Of a stretch of DNA of 64,000 nt, positions 45,621 to 57,900 are shown piece after piece; the stretch's first letter is position 1; each line of letters opens with the position of its first letter. Position numbers and translations under genes: made by a program. The stretch is from Callorhinchus milii (Eukaryota): NCBI RefSeq assembly GCF_018977255.1, contig NW_024704743.1, positions 6,202,001 to 6,266,000 on the forward strand, written 5' to 3'. Under the pieces are notes generated by a model. It was given only the letters and a program-made list of their open reading frames with translations, was not told where the DNA came from and ran no database searches.

Positions 45621-45930
45621 GGAGTCCTGTAGCTCAGTGGTTAGAGCACTCGCTTTGCAAGCGAGAGACCTGAGTTCAATTCCAGGCAGAGGGCGAAACC
45701 TTGGGCAAGTTTCCTTACTCCACACAGAGCCTAATAATAATCCCTCCAAAATCAAAAACAATAATAAATTGGTCATTTTCAATCTACGACTGTTTGTGGG
45801 ACATTGCTGTGCCAATTGGCTGCCGCGTTCGCCCACAAATATACAGTCAATTCACTTTACAGTGTGTTCTGTGAAGCGCTTTGGGACGTCCTCCCGACGT
45901 GAAAAGCGCGATATCAAATGCAAGGATTAT
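45621..45930 (+). mobile_element. Young tRNA-derived SINE abutting the duplication junction
   Basis: A box TAGCTCAGTGG, TGC anticodon-like loop, B box GTTCAATTCC, and an L2-like 3' stem-loop; very similar to the 880-1208 copy. Confidence 0.88.
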
Positions 45931-46455
45931 TAATATTACTGTAAAGTGAATTGACCGTATATTTGTGGGTGAAACATGGCAGCCAATTGCGCACAGCAGT
46001 ATCCCACAGACAGTCGTGAATTGAAAATGACCAGTTTATTATTGTTTTGTTTTTTGGAGGGATTATTATTATTATTAGGCGTGTGGAGTAAGGAAACTTG
46101 CCCAAGGTTTCGCCTCCTGCCTGGAATTGAACCCAGGGGTCTTCGCTTGCGAGACGAGAGCTCGAACCACTGAGCGACACGACTTGGAGGAATAGAGCAG
46201 TCACTAATTCCAAATTAATTCCAGTATGTGTCAGCTATTTCCTTATCAAACACTTGGTCTGGTTAAGCTCCACATGAGGAGTAAGACACACAGCAAGTGA
46301 CAACTGTCTGTCTGACAACTGAGTATATTTACTGACTGTAGATTTAAACACGAAACGAGGAGCAAAGACTGAGGTGACTGTAGATGCAGAGGATTGTCAA
46401 CAAGCAATTGCAATGAGTAACGTGTGCACTGAGACATGTCGTTGTTGTCACTGAC

Positions 46456-47452
46456 CTGAATATACTGCAGATTTGTCGATTTGCTTTGAAAATCTTCAAC
46501 AAACTTCTTCAGCCACCACTCGTTAACTACATTTTCTGCTGCGTCGTCATCTCGTAAATAATAATCAAGTCTAACGGCAGAAGCTGTTTTAATATAACTT
46601 CCCTCTAACTTCACTCCCCCCACAGACAAACCAATGAAACCACTACATTCTGTGCTATTCTGGACGGGATAAGTAAATTTAAAGCTCTCCACTAGACCAG
46701 CATCGTACTGTATACAGTCTAACATTACATTGGAGAAGCAGGAATCTCCTGCTTTGGCACAAAGACTGGAATAGTTATTCTTATCAACAACAAACCCTTT
46801 AACTTCCCCATCGAGCTGCAGAATCTCTTTAAATGCTGCCTCTGTGAGGACGCTGCCACCTTTAGCAACAGCGATGAAAGAAGCAAAGGTCCCCTCTGTG
46901 TAGAGCCTCGGCGCCGAGAAGGGCAGAGAATCATGAGTTGGAAAGTGTTTCATAATAAACTCTCTCTCAGACTTTGCCTGACCGGTCTGAAAACCTTTCT
47001 CTTTGACCGTGCCTTCAGCTCCCCTCTCGACTCTCTTCCCCTTCCTCGCTCCCTCCCTTCCCTCCCCTCACCCTGACCACTTCCCCCCTCCTCGCTCCCT
47101 CCCTTCCCTCCCCTCACCCTGACCATTTCCCCCCTCCTCGCTCCCTCCCTTCCCTCCCCTCACCATTTCCCCCCTGCTCGGGTCATGACCCAACTGTGCA
47201 GCGCCTTGGGACGTCCTCCTGACGTGAAAGGCGCTTTATAAATGGAATCTTGTTGTTGTTGTTGTTGTTGAACTGCTCCTCTATGTCATTCGCTTCATTT
47301 TGCTCAAAGAAATAAAACCCTGCACCGAGAGCTACAGAAATGATCAGAGGAATCACCAAAAACCACCATGGATATCGCCCAACGAGGGCTCCCAACTTCC
47401 CGAAAACTTTACAGAGAGGTTTCTCCAGACAGTCAGTGTGACACCGAGCCAT
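46456..47452 (-). pseudogene. PTCHD3: PTCHD3-like copy 2: exon 1 only, interrupted by an L2 insertion; exons 2-4 not seen
   Basis: Near-identical to 16158-16880, but 46985-47268 is an L2 3' fragment replacing 10 nt (tgaataggag). Homology to unit 1 ends at 45939, within intron 1. Confidence 0.9.
46985..47268 (+). mobile_element. Young L2 3' end inserted in PTCHD3 copy 2 exon 1
   Basis: Nearly identical to 19670-19954; 10-nt target-site deletion relative to copy 1. Confidence 0.92.
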
Positions 47453-48125
47453 GGTCTACACTGGGCAGTCAGCAGACTGAAGCTCTCTCGGATTAAAGCC
47501 AATACATTGATGTGTAAAATAACACCTGTACAGGAAGTGTGTCATTCGACTGAAGGCAGATCCCTGACTCTGTGCCTCCGGTTTGTGAACTAATGTTCAA
47601 CTGAGACATCTTACCCGGTGAACATCACACCCTGTACAAATACAAGATTACTGATAATTATTATCCTTCCGTGGAAAAATCATATTGACTGTTGCTACAC
47701 CAGACTACACTAAGCAAGAATAATAAACCAGGATGTCTTAACACAAGAAATTGAAAGATTTCACACACACAAAACACTCTTTATCACTCCAATACTTGAT
47801 TGGCATCAGTTTTCACCAACTTTGTGCATTATCAGTCAGGCTTGCAATGTAAATATATCAGAATATGAAGTGGATTTACAATTGACGTGGAGTCCTGTAG
47901 CATGTTGGTCAGAGAACTCGCCTCGCAAGCCAGAGGACCTGGGTTCGATTCTTGGGCAGGTTCAAGCAAGTTTCCTTACTCTGCATGTGCCTGTTTTATC
48001 TTGCAGTAAGTAAGAACCTGGTTGTTGGTAGATATCTAGATTGTTTTTCCAGGCGTTTTTTCACCCAAAAAAATATACAGTCAATTCACTTCACAGTATA
48101 TTCTGTGAAGTGCTTTGAGACATCT

Positions 48126-49650
48126 ACAACAACAACGACACGATTACATTTGTATAGAGCCTTTCACGTCAGGAGGACGTCCCAAGGTGTTGGACGGTGT
48201 ACAGCATTTCAGATCTGAGCTGGGGTCAGTGGGGAAGAAGGGAGGGGAGGGGAGGGGAAGGGAGGGTGGCTGATGGCATGGTCAAAGAGGAGGGTTTTGA
48301 GGCGGGACTTAAAGGAGGCTAAGGAGGGGGCGAGGCGGAGTGTTTGGGGGATGGAATTTCAGAGGTTGGGGGCAGAGTGGCTGAAGGCTCTCCCGCCGAT
48401 GGTGGGGCGGGTGGGTCAGAGGACGTGGAGCAAGCCAGAGCCGGCTGAACGGAGGAAGCGGGCAGGTGGGTAGGGTGTTAAGAGATCATAGAGATGGGGT
48501 GGGGCGAGGACATGGAGGGCTTTGTACGTAAGGACATGAGCTGCAGAGTTCTGGATTATCTGCAGCCTGTGGAGGGAGGAGTTGGGAAGGCCGACATAGT
48601 CGAGCCTGGAGGTGATGGAAGACAAGGCAAGAGTTTCAGCGGCCTGAGGGGTGAGGTAGTGGCGGACTCGGGTGATGTTATGGAGGTGAGGGAAGGTAGA
48701 GCGGGTCATGGCTTGGATGTGGGGAAGAAAAGACAGTTGAGGGTCGAACAAGACACCTCGGTTCCTGACTGGCTGGTGAGTTGTAGTGTGCAACCATGGA
48801 GATTGATGTGACCAGAGCCTGAGGTGCTGAGGTGCTGGCTCGAGCCAATCAGGAGGGCCTCAGTCTTGTTCACAATCAACTGTAGGAAATTTGCCCTCAT
48901 CCAGGACTTGATGTCCGACAGGCAGTCCGTCAGGACAGCAGTGGTCCTGGAGTTGAGGGTGGAGGCAGAAAGATAGAGTTGGGTGTCATCTGCATATATA
49001 TGGAAGTTGACCTCATGTCTGCGGATGATGTCACCAAGGGGGAGCATGTAGATATTAAAGAGGAGAGGTCCAAGGACAGAGCACTGGGGGACGCCAGATG
49101 TGACAGTGCGGGGGCTGGAGGAGAAACTGTTAGAGGCAAAAAAGTGAGATGGTGAGAGAGATAGGAATCGAACCAGGCAAGGGCAGGTCCATGAAGATTA
49201 AGTAAAGAGGAGAGGCGGTATATAAGGATGGAGTGGTTGACAGTGTCGAAGGCGGCAGAGAGGTCAAGGAGGACAAGGAGGCAGAGGGAGCCCTGATCAC
49301 AGATGTTCATAATATCATTAGTGACTTTGACCAGGGCTGTTTCCGTGCTATGGGCAGCTCGGAAGCCATATTGGAAGGGTTCAAAGAGGGAATGGCGAGA
49401 AAGAAAGGAGTGGAGCTGGGAAGCGACGACTCGTTCCAGGACCTTGGAGAGGAATGGGAGGTTAGAGATGAGGTGGTAGCTGGAGAGGAGGGATGGGTCC
49501 AGGGAAGGTTTTTTCAGGATGGGGGTGATGACGGCTGTTTTTAGGGGAGTGGGAACTGAATCGGTGGACAAGGAGAGGTTAATGACTTTGGACAGGAGAG
49601 AGGCCAGAAGTTGGAGCTGGGAGATGAGGAGAGAGGTGGGATGGGATTGA
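48126..49650 (-). mobile_element. L2 LINE (RT region, 5' truncated) upstream of PTCHD3 copy 2
   Basis: [46 protein letters not shown]; (CAA)n tail at 48126. Confidence 0.88.
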
Positions 49651-51979
49651 GGGTTTGAGTTTGCGAACAGTCGCGGTGAAGGAGGAGGGAGAGATAGGGT
49701 CGAAGAAGTATGGGGGGGGGGAATGGATGGGCCATCAAGTCCTGAATGAGAGATAATTTCCTCCAGTTGAATGTCGACATTGCCCACCTCTGCCACTACC
49801 TCTTCCCTCAGGTTGGCAAGACCCTCATCCACACTTTCGTGCAGTTGGCTGCCACAATTTTGCACCCAGAAAATATACAGTTGATTAACTTCACAGTATA
49901 TTCTGTGAAGCACTTTGAGATGTCTAGAAGACGTGACAAGGCGCTTTATCAGATTCAAAGATTAGTTTTATTATCATTGTAATTATGTTCAAGGGCAACA
50001 TTTGCAACCCAACAGCACCTGGTACCATTGATAGGGCGGTATAAAACCGATTTGCAAGTGTTGTTCAGCTCATAGGTGGAAATGTTTTTAATATGTAAGC
50101 TATTACAGGCAGGAGGCATTATAAGTTGAATGATCCAAATTAATTATTCCAAGAATTACATACTTCCTTATCGTCGTTGGTATTATGCTGATCATACATA
50201 GGTATTTGTGGAATAGTATAAAAGAAACCAGTTCATGCTTATGACAAAGACAGACAGCAAAATCAGAGATAGAATAGAATATGAGGTAAGAGCTTTAAAA
50301 ACCAAATCAGTAATAACTTTATTCAGAATTTTTTCAAGGAGCTGGTTGATGGAAAATATTTGCATGGAGTAAGTTCCTTCATGGCAATTTTGCACTTTAT
50401 TTCAAACATTATGTTAAACTTACACATGGAGCGTTTTGGATCGCTTTCTGTTGCTGTCATTGTGAATTTTATGTGTGAAGGGACTGTGTGTCTGCAATGT
50501 ACTACCATCGTTTAGCTTAATACTTTCTTGCATTTTATCTTCATAAATTAAAATCACTTTTGGTTTTGTTTTTAAAAAGAAATGAAGCTTTGATGAAAAC
50601 AGTAAAATGATATTGACATCTCAAAATACTATCTGGTTTGCAATGATCATTGATACAGTTTCATGTTTATTTTTCTTCATCTCAGAAGCCCAGCCAAAAC
50701 TTTTATATTAATGTGAAAGGCTCAATGTAATGAAAATTGTGTTGTACTTCATTTGTTCATGAACTTTATTGACTTGATTTAAGATTATGTGCATGTTGTT
50801 CAGGAATCAATAGCAAATATGATTGCAAAAATAATTTGAGCTTTAGACATGAGTATAACTGTATTTGAATCTAAATTATGTTCCAAATTATATATATTTT
50901 TAAATGAACATGAATCCAAGTTAAGAGTTATTTTTACTCAGTATAGTGAGTTTCATAGAAACTGAGAATTTTACAACATACACTGGTTTATAATTGTAAC
51001 ATCTATTTCTAACAGAAGATTTTGCTTATGAGAATCCTTTAGAAACTTATTGGTGGCAGAGGTCACAGACAAGTAATTTGCATGATTTTTGAATGCAGCT
51101 GAAACTCCAGGCGTTTGAACGGTTAGTAGGTAAGAATCAACGGAACTTATTGTCTCGTAAAATAGGAGCCAAAGGAGTTAACTGCTGAACTCTTGGTGAT
51201 TTAACACACACATGGTCTCTAATAGTGTGCAGCCAATTGCGCACAGCAGTGTCCCACAAACAGTTGTGGATTGAGTGACCAAATTATTATTGATTTTTTT
51301 CTTGAGGGATTATTATCAGGAGTGTGGAGTAAGGAAACTGGCCAAAGATTTCGCCCCACCAGGAATCGAACTTGCAAGACAACTGAGCACTCTCCAGGTT
51401 AAATGTACTCCCATTGGAGCTCCCACTGCCCGTCTCTATATGAAGTGTATGGCTGTGCTCTCCACCTACATATGTTGAGAGCTATGGTTCTGGTGGTGGG
51501 AATTGTTCAGATTTGTCCTGATGTTGTCGCTGCTTCTGTTAGTTCCCTGAACACCACCTCTCGATGTGAAGGGAAATGCCGCTCCCTGTTTATATTGAGG
51601 CATTGCGTCCTGACTGCCTTCAGCAACAGCGCTGGGAAATAAAGGACTGGACTGAGGCACATAGAGAATTCAGATTTTTTTGGTATAATGTTTATGCTGC
51701 AAAACATTCTGCAATGGCAAACTGTTGGGATGTGTGGGCTTTAAACAAATGCTTTCTCTCGCAGCATTGTCTGCATTCACACTGTGAATCTAGAAGATTT
51801 TACAGGAATATGGCACAGGTGTAAAAAATGTTGTGGCTTGTGAAAAGTGTTGCCTAAATATTGCTGTAATGATTGAACCGAGCTCAGCCTGGTATACTTA
51901 CCCTAAAATATTTGATTCCTTTTTGTGTTATGATTCTCTTCATTAGTTTGCAATAGGTGTCAACAGCAAAAAATACAAA

Positions 51980-54900
51980 ATGGATGAAAACAACGAAGAA
52001 ATAGCTATTGTTGGAATTGGATGCAATTTTCCTGGAGGTAGGAATTTAAGATTTAACAATAATAAAAATGATGAAAAGAATGATGTTATGATGATAAATA
52101 ATAAAACCACATGGAATCTAGCAGGAACTTTTAGCGTCTGTAAGAACATTCATTTTCAACTGGGGCAGTGATAAGAATGCTACAGTTAGTGAGAATGGGG
52201 TCCAATATGCCATAATTTCAACCCAGAGATTGGTTGTGGGTTAATTGAAACTTTCATTTGCGAATATTGAATTGTGAGATTCCTACAAATTTCACTAAGT
52301 TTGTTTTCTAAATTCCCAATAAAACCTGATATTGCAAATATCAAATTGTAAATTGTAAGTTTCTTCTGGTGTACTGACCGACAATTGGTCATTCACTTCA
52401 TGGCTGTTTGTGGGACATTGCCTACAAAATATAGTTAGCACATTTCAAACAGTCACTACACATCACATTCTGTGAAGCACTTTGAGATGTCTCGACAATG
52501 GGATACAGCTCATTGTGTCTCTGGTGGCTCTGAAACAACAATCCATTTTGACAATTTGTGAATGGCAATATCCTGCAAACAACCATCAAGTGAATGATCA
52601 ATTATTTTATCTGGGAATTGTTGACCAAGAAACCGGAAGAAACTCCAGTCTCTTTTTCGAATCGTGCCTTGGGATCCTTCCACCTGAGCAGGCAGACATT
52701 ATCTCGGTTTAACGTCTCATCCAAAGCATGGCACCTCCCACAATGAAAACTCCTCCAGCATTGCATTTAGGTTGTGTCAGGCTCAGGTGGGGCTAACCCT
52801 ATAGTTGAACAGCTGCTACCAGTTACTGTCCAGGCTCACAAAAGAAGAAGGAAAGCTTGCGCTCTCGCTTCTCCAGGAGCCGTATCTGGTGTAACAACAA
52901 GAACTTGCATTCATAAAGGGCTCTTATTATTATTATTTTCATAATATCTCAGAACGATTCCCAAAGATGCTAAACAAATGAGGGAAAGAAGGGGAGGTGA
53001 CCATTGGTTTGGTCAAAGAGGTAGGATGTTAGGCAGGATTTGAAGACAGATAGAGAGGGGCCAGATAGAAGGGTAGAGTGAGGGAGTTCTGGAGCTACAA
53101 ACCATTTACAAACCTCAGTGGTATCAATACACATTTACTAACATTATGACATACATTCCAGAATGATTTCTAAGAATGGAAGAGCTTTATTCTGTTGTCG
53201 TCTGTACAGGGGAAGGCATTGAAAACTTCTGGAAAGTTCTTCATGAGGGAAGAAACTGCGTTGTGGATATCCCACCAGATCGTTTTGATACACAATTCTG
53301 GCATGATCCCGATGACAACAAGCCTGGAAAAATGCGCACAAAGCGAGCGTCTCTCATTGAAGGGTAATGCACAGCATTCTTACAAACTACATCTTTTAAA
53401 TTGATTCAGAATAGTAATATTTGTTGCTGCAAAACAAGTACTTTTTTGTGTGAGTGGATACTCTCATCCAAAACACCGCTGCCCACATCCTCACCTGCAC
53501 CAAACTCCATAGCGTTCATTAACCCAGTCTCTCCTGGCTCTCAACGGATTGAGTTCAAGGTTCTCAATCTGAACTATAAATCCCTTCACACCCCCCTGGT
53601 TGCATTGGATGGCTGTTCTGTTGCCTCCCGCTCTATCCTGTCACAGAATACGACAGGAGACGTGGCAGGAAGCCATGACTACAACTATCAGTGGTATTAA
53701 TAGAGGTCTCGGCCCTCCAATAGACTTCTGAGAAGCATCTGAGCATCCATACCCAATGTCCTCTGAGCGCCCACGCCAGCCACAGGATAGAGCCGGAGGC
53801 CTCTGCATTCCAACATGCCATCTTATAGGATGAGTTATCTGATCAATTTTACATTATAACTACTTCCAAGAATTTCTAGAACGCAATGTATAGAACGCGC
53901 TACCCCAAAGAGCTGTTGACGCTCAGTCCTTGAACATATTGAAGACTGAGATAGATATATTTCTTATTGCAAAAGGGATTAAGGGATATAGAAATAAGGC
54001 AGGATTAGGTTATTAGCTGGAATTACATTAGAAGATCAGCCATAATTGAATGGCGTGGCAGGCTCGAAGGGATGAATGGCCTACTCCTGCTCATACATAT
54101 TATGCTATGCAACTTGTCTCATGTTTGTCACATGAGCAGAGAGCCCAGCAGGTGAGGAGGGAACTGAGGGAGTTGGAACAGAGTGAGAATTCTGTTAAGG
54201 AATTTGATGATAGTGGGAATTCTTCAGCAAGAGAGATACCAGAGAGCAAGAGTGAACTCTTTCACTCAGCAGAAGAGTGGAAAATCTATTGTGAGGTTGA
54301 GACAACCTTATATGTAAGCAAGCAAACAAGGCGATTTGCAATTAATCATAGGCTAGGTGTTGGGGAATAAAAAATCTGCTGACCAGTTGAAACTGGGTCT
54401 TTTAGTTTGAGTCCTATATAAAGGAGAAGACTTGTAAGTGTTTCACTTGAGCAGAAAGCCTAGCAGAATGAGGAAGGAACAGAGTGAGAATCTGTTAAGG
54501 AATTTGGTGCGAGTGGGAATTTGGTGTAAAGGGGTAAAGAGGTGCATAATTATGTAATATTCATATTAAAACAATATAAAACATGTCTGGGAATATGGCA
54601 GGGCAGCTGAGACTGGTTGCATTCATAATGTGTGCCATGTGGGAACTCCAGGATGCTTTGTGTGCCCTGGACTAAGAAGTGTTCTCTGACAGCTTGAGCT
54701 CAAGCTACATACAAAATGTTTAAATAAAATATTAAATGTTGAACCTCAGGCCCCTTAAAAAATAATAATGTTAATGCATCTATATATGCCTAACACAAAC
54801 TTTCATATTTCTTTGCAATTAATAGGTTCAATTTATTTGATTATAAGTTGTTTGGCATAAATGAAACAGAAGCCAACTGCATGGATCCACAACACAAGCT

Positions 54901-57900
54901 TCTCTTGGAGTGCACGTACAAAGCGCTCGAAAATGCAGGGATGCCCAAGGAGGATCTCAGTGGGAGTAAAACAGGAGTTTTTATTGGTGAGTAGGTGCCC
55001 GCTGCCCAACATAATAGCCAATTTTGGAACCACATGTGATTTTGTCAGTTCATGAAATATTTATCATAATTCATCATCACCTAATTGCTGGGCCTCAATT
55101 AAAATGATGATGGGGACCACATTTGGTTGTTGGCCCAAGGGAGTTTGTGGGTTAACTTTATGATGGAATAGATTTTTGGTGAACTTGATGAGAATAACAA
55201 TAATAATTGTTGTATTTGTATGTCGGGAGGAAATTGCAAAAAGCTTCACAAGATTTGTGAAGATTTATTGTAATGTGTTGTGACTGTATTTTATAGGCAA
55301 ATGTGGCAGCCAATCTGCACACGGCAATGCCCTGGTGGACAAAGCTTTCAAAAAAGCTAATTGATTCTTAGGCTTTATAAACAGAGCTACAGAATATAAA
55401 AGCAAAGAGGTAATGATAACTTTTTAAAGCGTTAGTTAGACAATAAATAGAATATTGTGTTCAGTATTGGTCACATCATTTTAGGAAAGACATCAAGGGA
55501 ATAAACAGAGTAGAGAGGAGAAATACCAGTATGATACTGGAGATGAATGGTTCGTTCTATGAGCAGAGACTGGAGGAACTGAGACTTTTCTGCTGGAACA
55601 CAAAATGGTGTGGGGTGATCTGATCGAGGTATTTAAAATTCTGAGCAGTTTGATAAATAATAATAATAACCCTTGCATTCGATATAATGCTTTTCACATC
55701 TTCTAGACGTCTCAAAGCGCTTCACAGAATATACTGTAAGGTGAATTAACTGTATATTTGTGGGCAAAATATGGCAGCCGATTGTGCACAGCAATGTCCC
55801 ACAATCAGTTGTGGATTGAGTGACCAAATTATTATTGGTTTGTTTTCTATGTATGGGTACGATCTAGTAGCCATCACTGAAACATGATTACAAGGAGATC
55901 AAGGGTGGGAGTTAAATATTCCAAAATCTTCCAAAATTCCTTGGATTCTGGAACAGTCCCCATGGGTTGGAAGATCGTAAATGTCACACTACTCTTTAAA
56001 AAAGGTGGAAAGGAAAAGATGGGACCTATAGGCCAGTTAGTCTAACATCAGGAAAAAATTTGGAATCATTGATTAAGGATGTGGTAGTGTGGTATTTAGA
56101 GGAGCACAATATAATTAGGCCAAGTCAAAAGGGCGAATCAGTGGATGTGGTCCATTTGGACTTCCAGAAGGCATTTGATAAGGTGCCGCTTAAAAGGTTA
56201 GTTCAAAAGATAGGGGCCCATGGAATTGGGGGGAGCATATTTATGTGGTTTGGAGAATGGTTAATGGGTAGGAAACAAAGAGTAGGAATAAATGGGTCTT
56301 TTTCAGATTGGTGGGATGTGACTAGTGGAGGTGCAGCAAGCAATTAGAATGGCTAACGATATGTTAGTATTCATTTTGAAAGGATTAGAGTATAAGAGCA
56401 GGGAAGTCTTGCTGCAACTGTATAGGGCCCTGGTGAGACCACACCTGAAATACTGTGTGTAGTTTTGGTCTCCTTATTTAAGGAAGGATGTACCAGGGAT
56501 GAAGGGGATGAGTTATGAGGATAAGCTGACCAATTTGGGCCTATACTCTCTAGAATATAGAAGAATTAGAGGGAATCTTATAGAAACCTATAAGATCATC
56601 AAAGGGCATGATAGAGTAGATAGTGAGAGATTGTTTCCCCTGGTTGGAGAAACTAAAACCAGGGGTCACAACCTTAAAATCAGAGGCCAGCCCTTTCACA
56701 CTGAGTTGAGGAAGAACTTCTTCACTCAAAGGGTGGTGAATATATGGAACTCGCTACCCCAAAGCCTGTTGACGCTCAGTCCTTGAACATATTCAAGACT
56801 GAGATAGATATGTTTCTTATTGCAAAAGGGATTAAGGGATATGGGGATAAGGCAGGGTCAGGTTAGCTGAGTTAGATTAGAAGATCTGCCATGATTGAAT
56901 GGCGGGACAGGCTCGAAAGGCCAAATGATCTACTACTGCTCCTACATGTTATGTTTTCTTAAGGGATTATTATCCCCAGAAATGTGATCTGCCAATCGGC
57001 TAACAACTGGGTTCCTATTTGCTGCTTGGTAAACAGGCGTGTGGAGTAAGGAAACTTACCCAACATTTTGTCTTGACGAGAATAGAACCCAGTTCTCTCG
57101 CTTGCAAGGCGGGTGCTCCAACCACTGAGATACAGGACTCCACAGTGGGATGATAGTGTGAGAGATTATAGGGATTAAGGGTGGGTTTTTGAGGAGGGGT
57201 GTGAATACAGCGCTTTTAAGGGAGTGGAACAGAGCCTGAGGAGAGAGACTGGTTAACAGTATCGGCGAGCAGTTTGGAGAGGTGGGGGAGTTGAGTGACC
57301 AGCAGCTGGGTGGAGAGGGGCTCAAGGCAGCAGGTGGGGAACTTCATCCGGATGATTGATAGTCAATAGGGAGAAATCATTAAAAAAATAATCCTTGCAT
57401 TTGATATAGCGCCTTATCATGTCGTTGAGACATCTCAAAGCGTCAATATAAGATATTAAATGAGCAAATGGGGAATTGAGGAGAAAGTTTTTTGAGTTGT
57501 TAGGAACTGATACAATTCTGCCCATAGCACAATCCATATTGGCCTTCAAGAGGAAATTAGACAAATATCTTAAAAAGTCAGTTGCAAAGTTATGGGGGAA
57601 GCGCAGGCAAATGGGACTGAAAGGATTGCTCTTGAGGGAGCCGGCACAGACACAATGGCCTTCTTTTGTGCCATAAATGTAAATGATTCTACTCTTCTAT
57701 TCACTAATACATCTCACTCAATATTGTCTCAGAATAGACTAAAGTTATCACTCCAAAAGAACAGTTTCAGTGTCTTTCCTTTTCTTTAGGGCTCATGAAT
57801 CGAGACTTTGAAGCGATAATGAATAATTCAGCCAACAGAATCAGCCATTATAATGGCACTGGTACAGCAATGAGCATAGCTGCAAATAGGATTTCGTTCA

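Noticed and set aside
45621..45695. tRNA-Ala(TGC)-like sequence
   Set aside because: It is the head of a multi-copy SINE continuing into a SINE body and L2-like tail, not a stand-alone tRNA gene.
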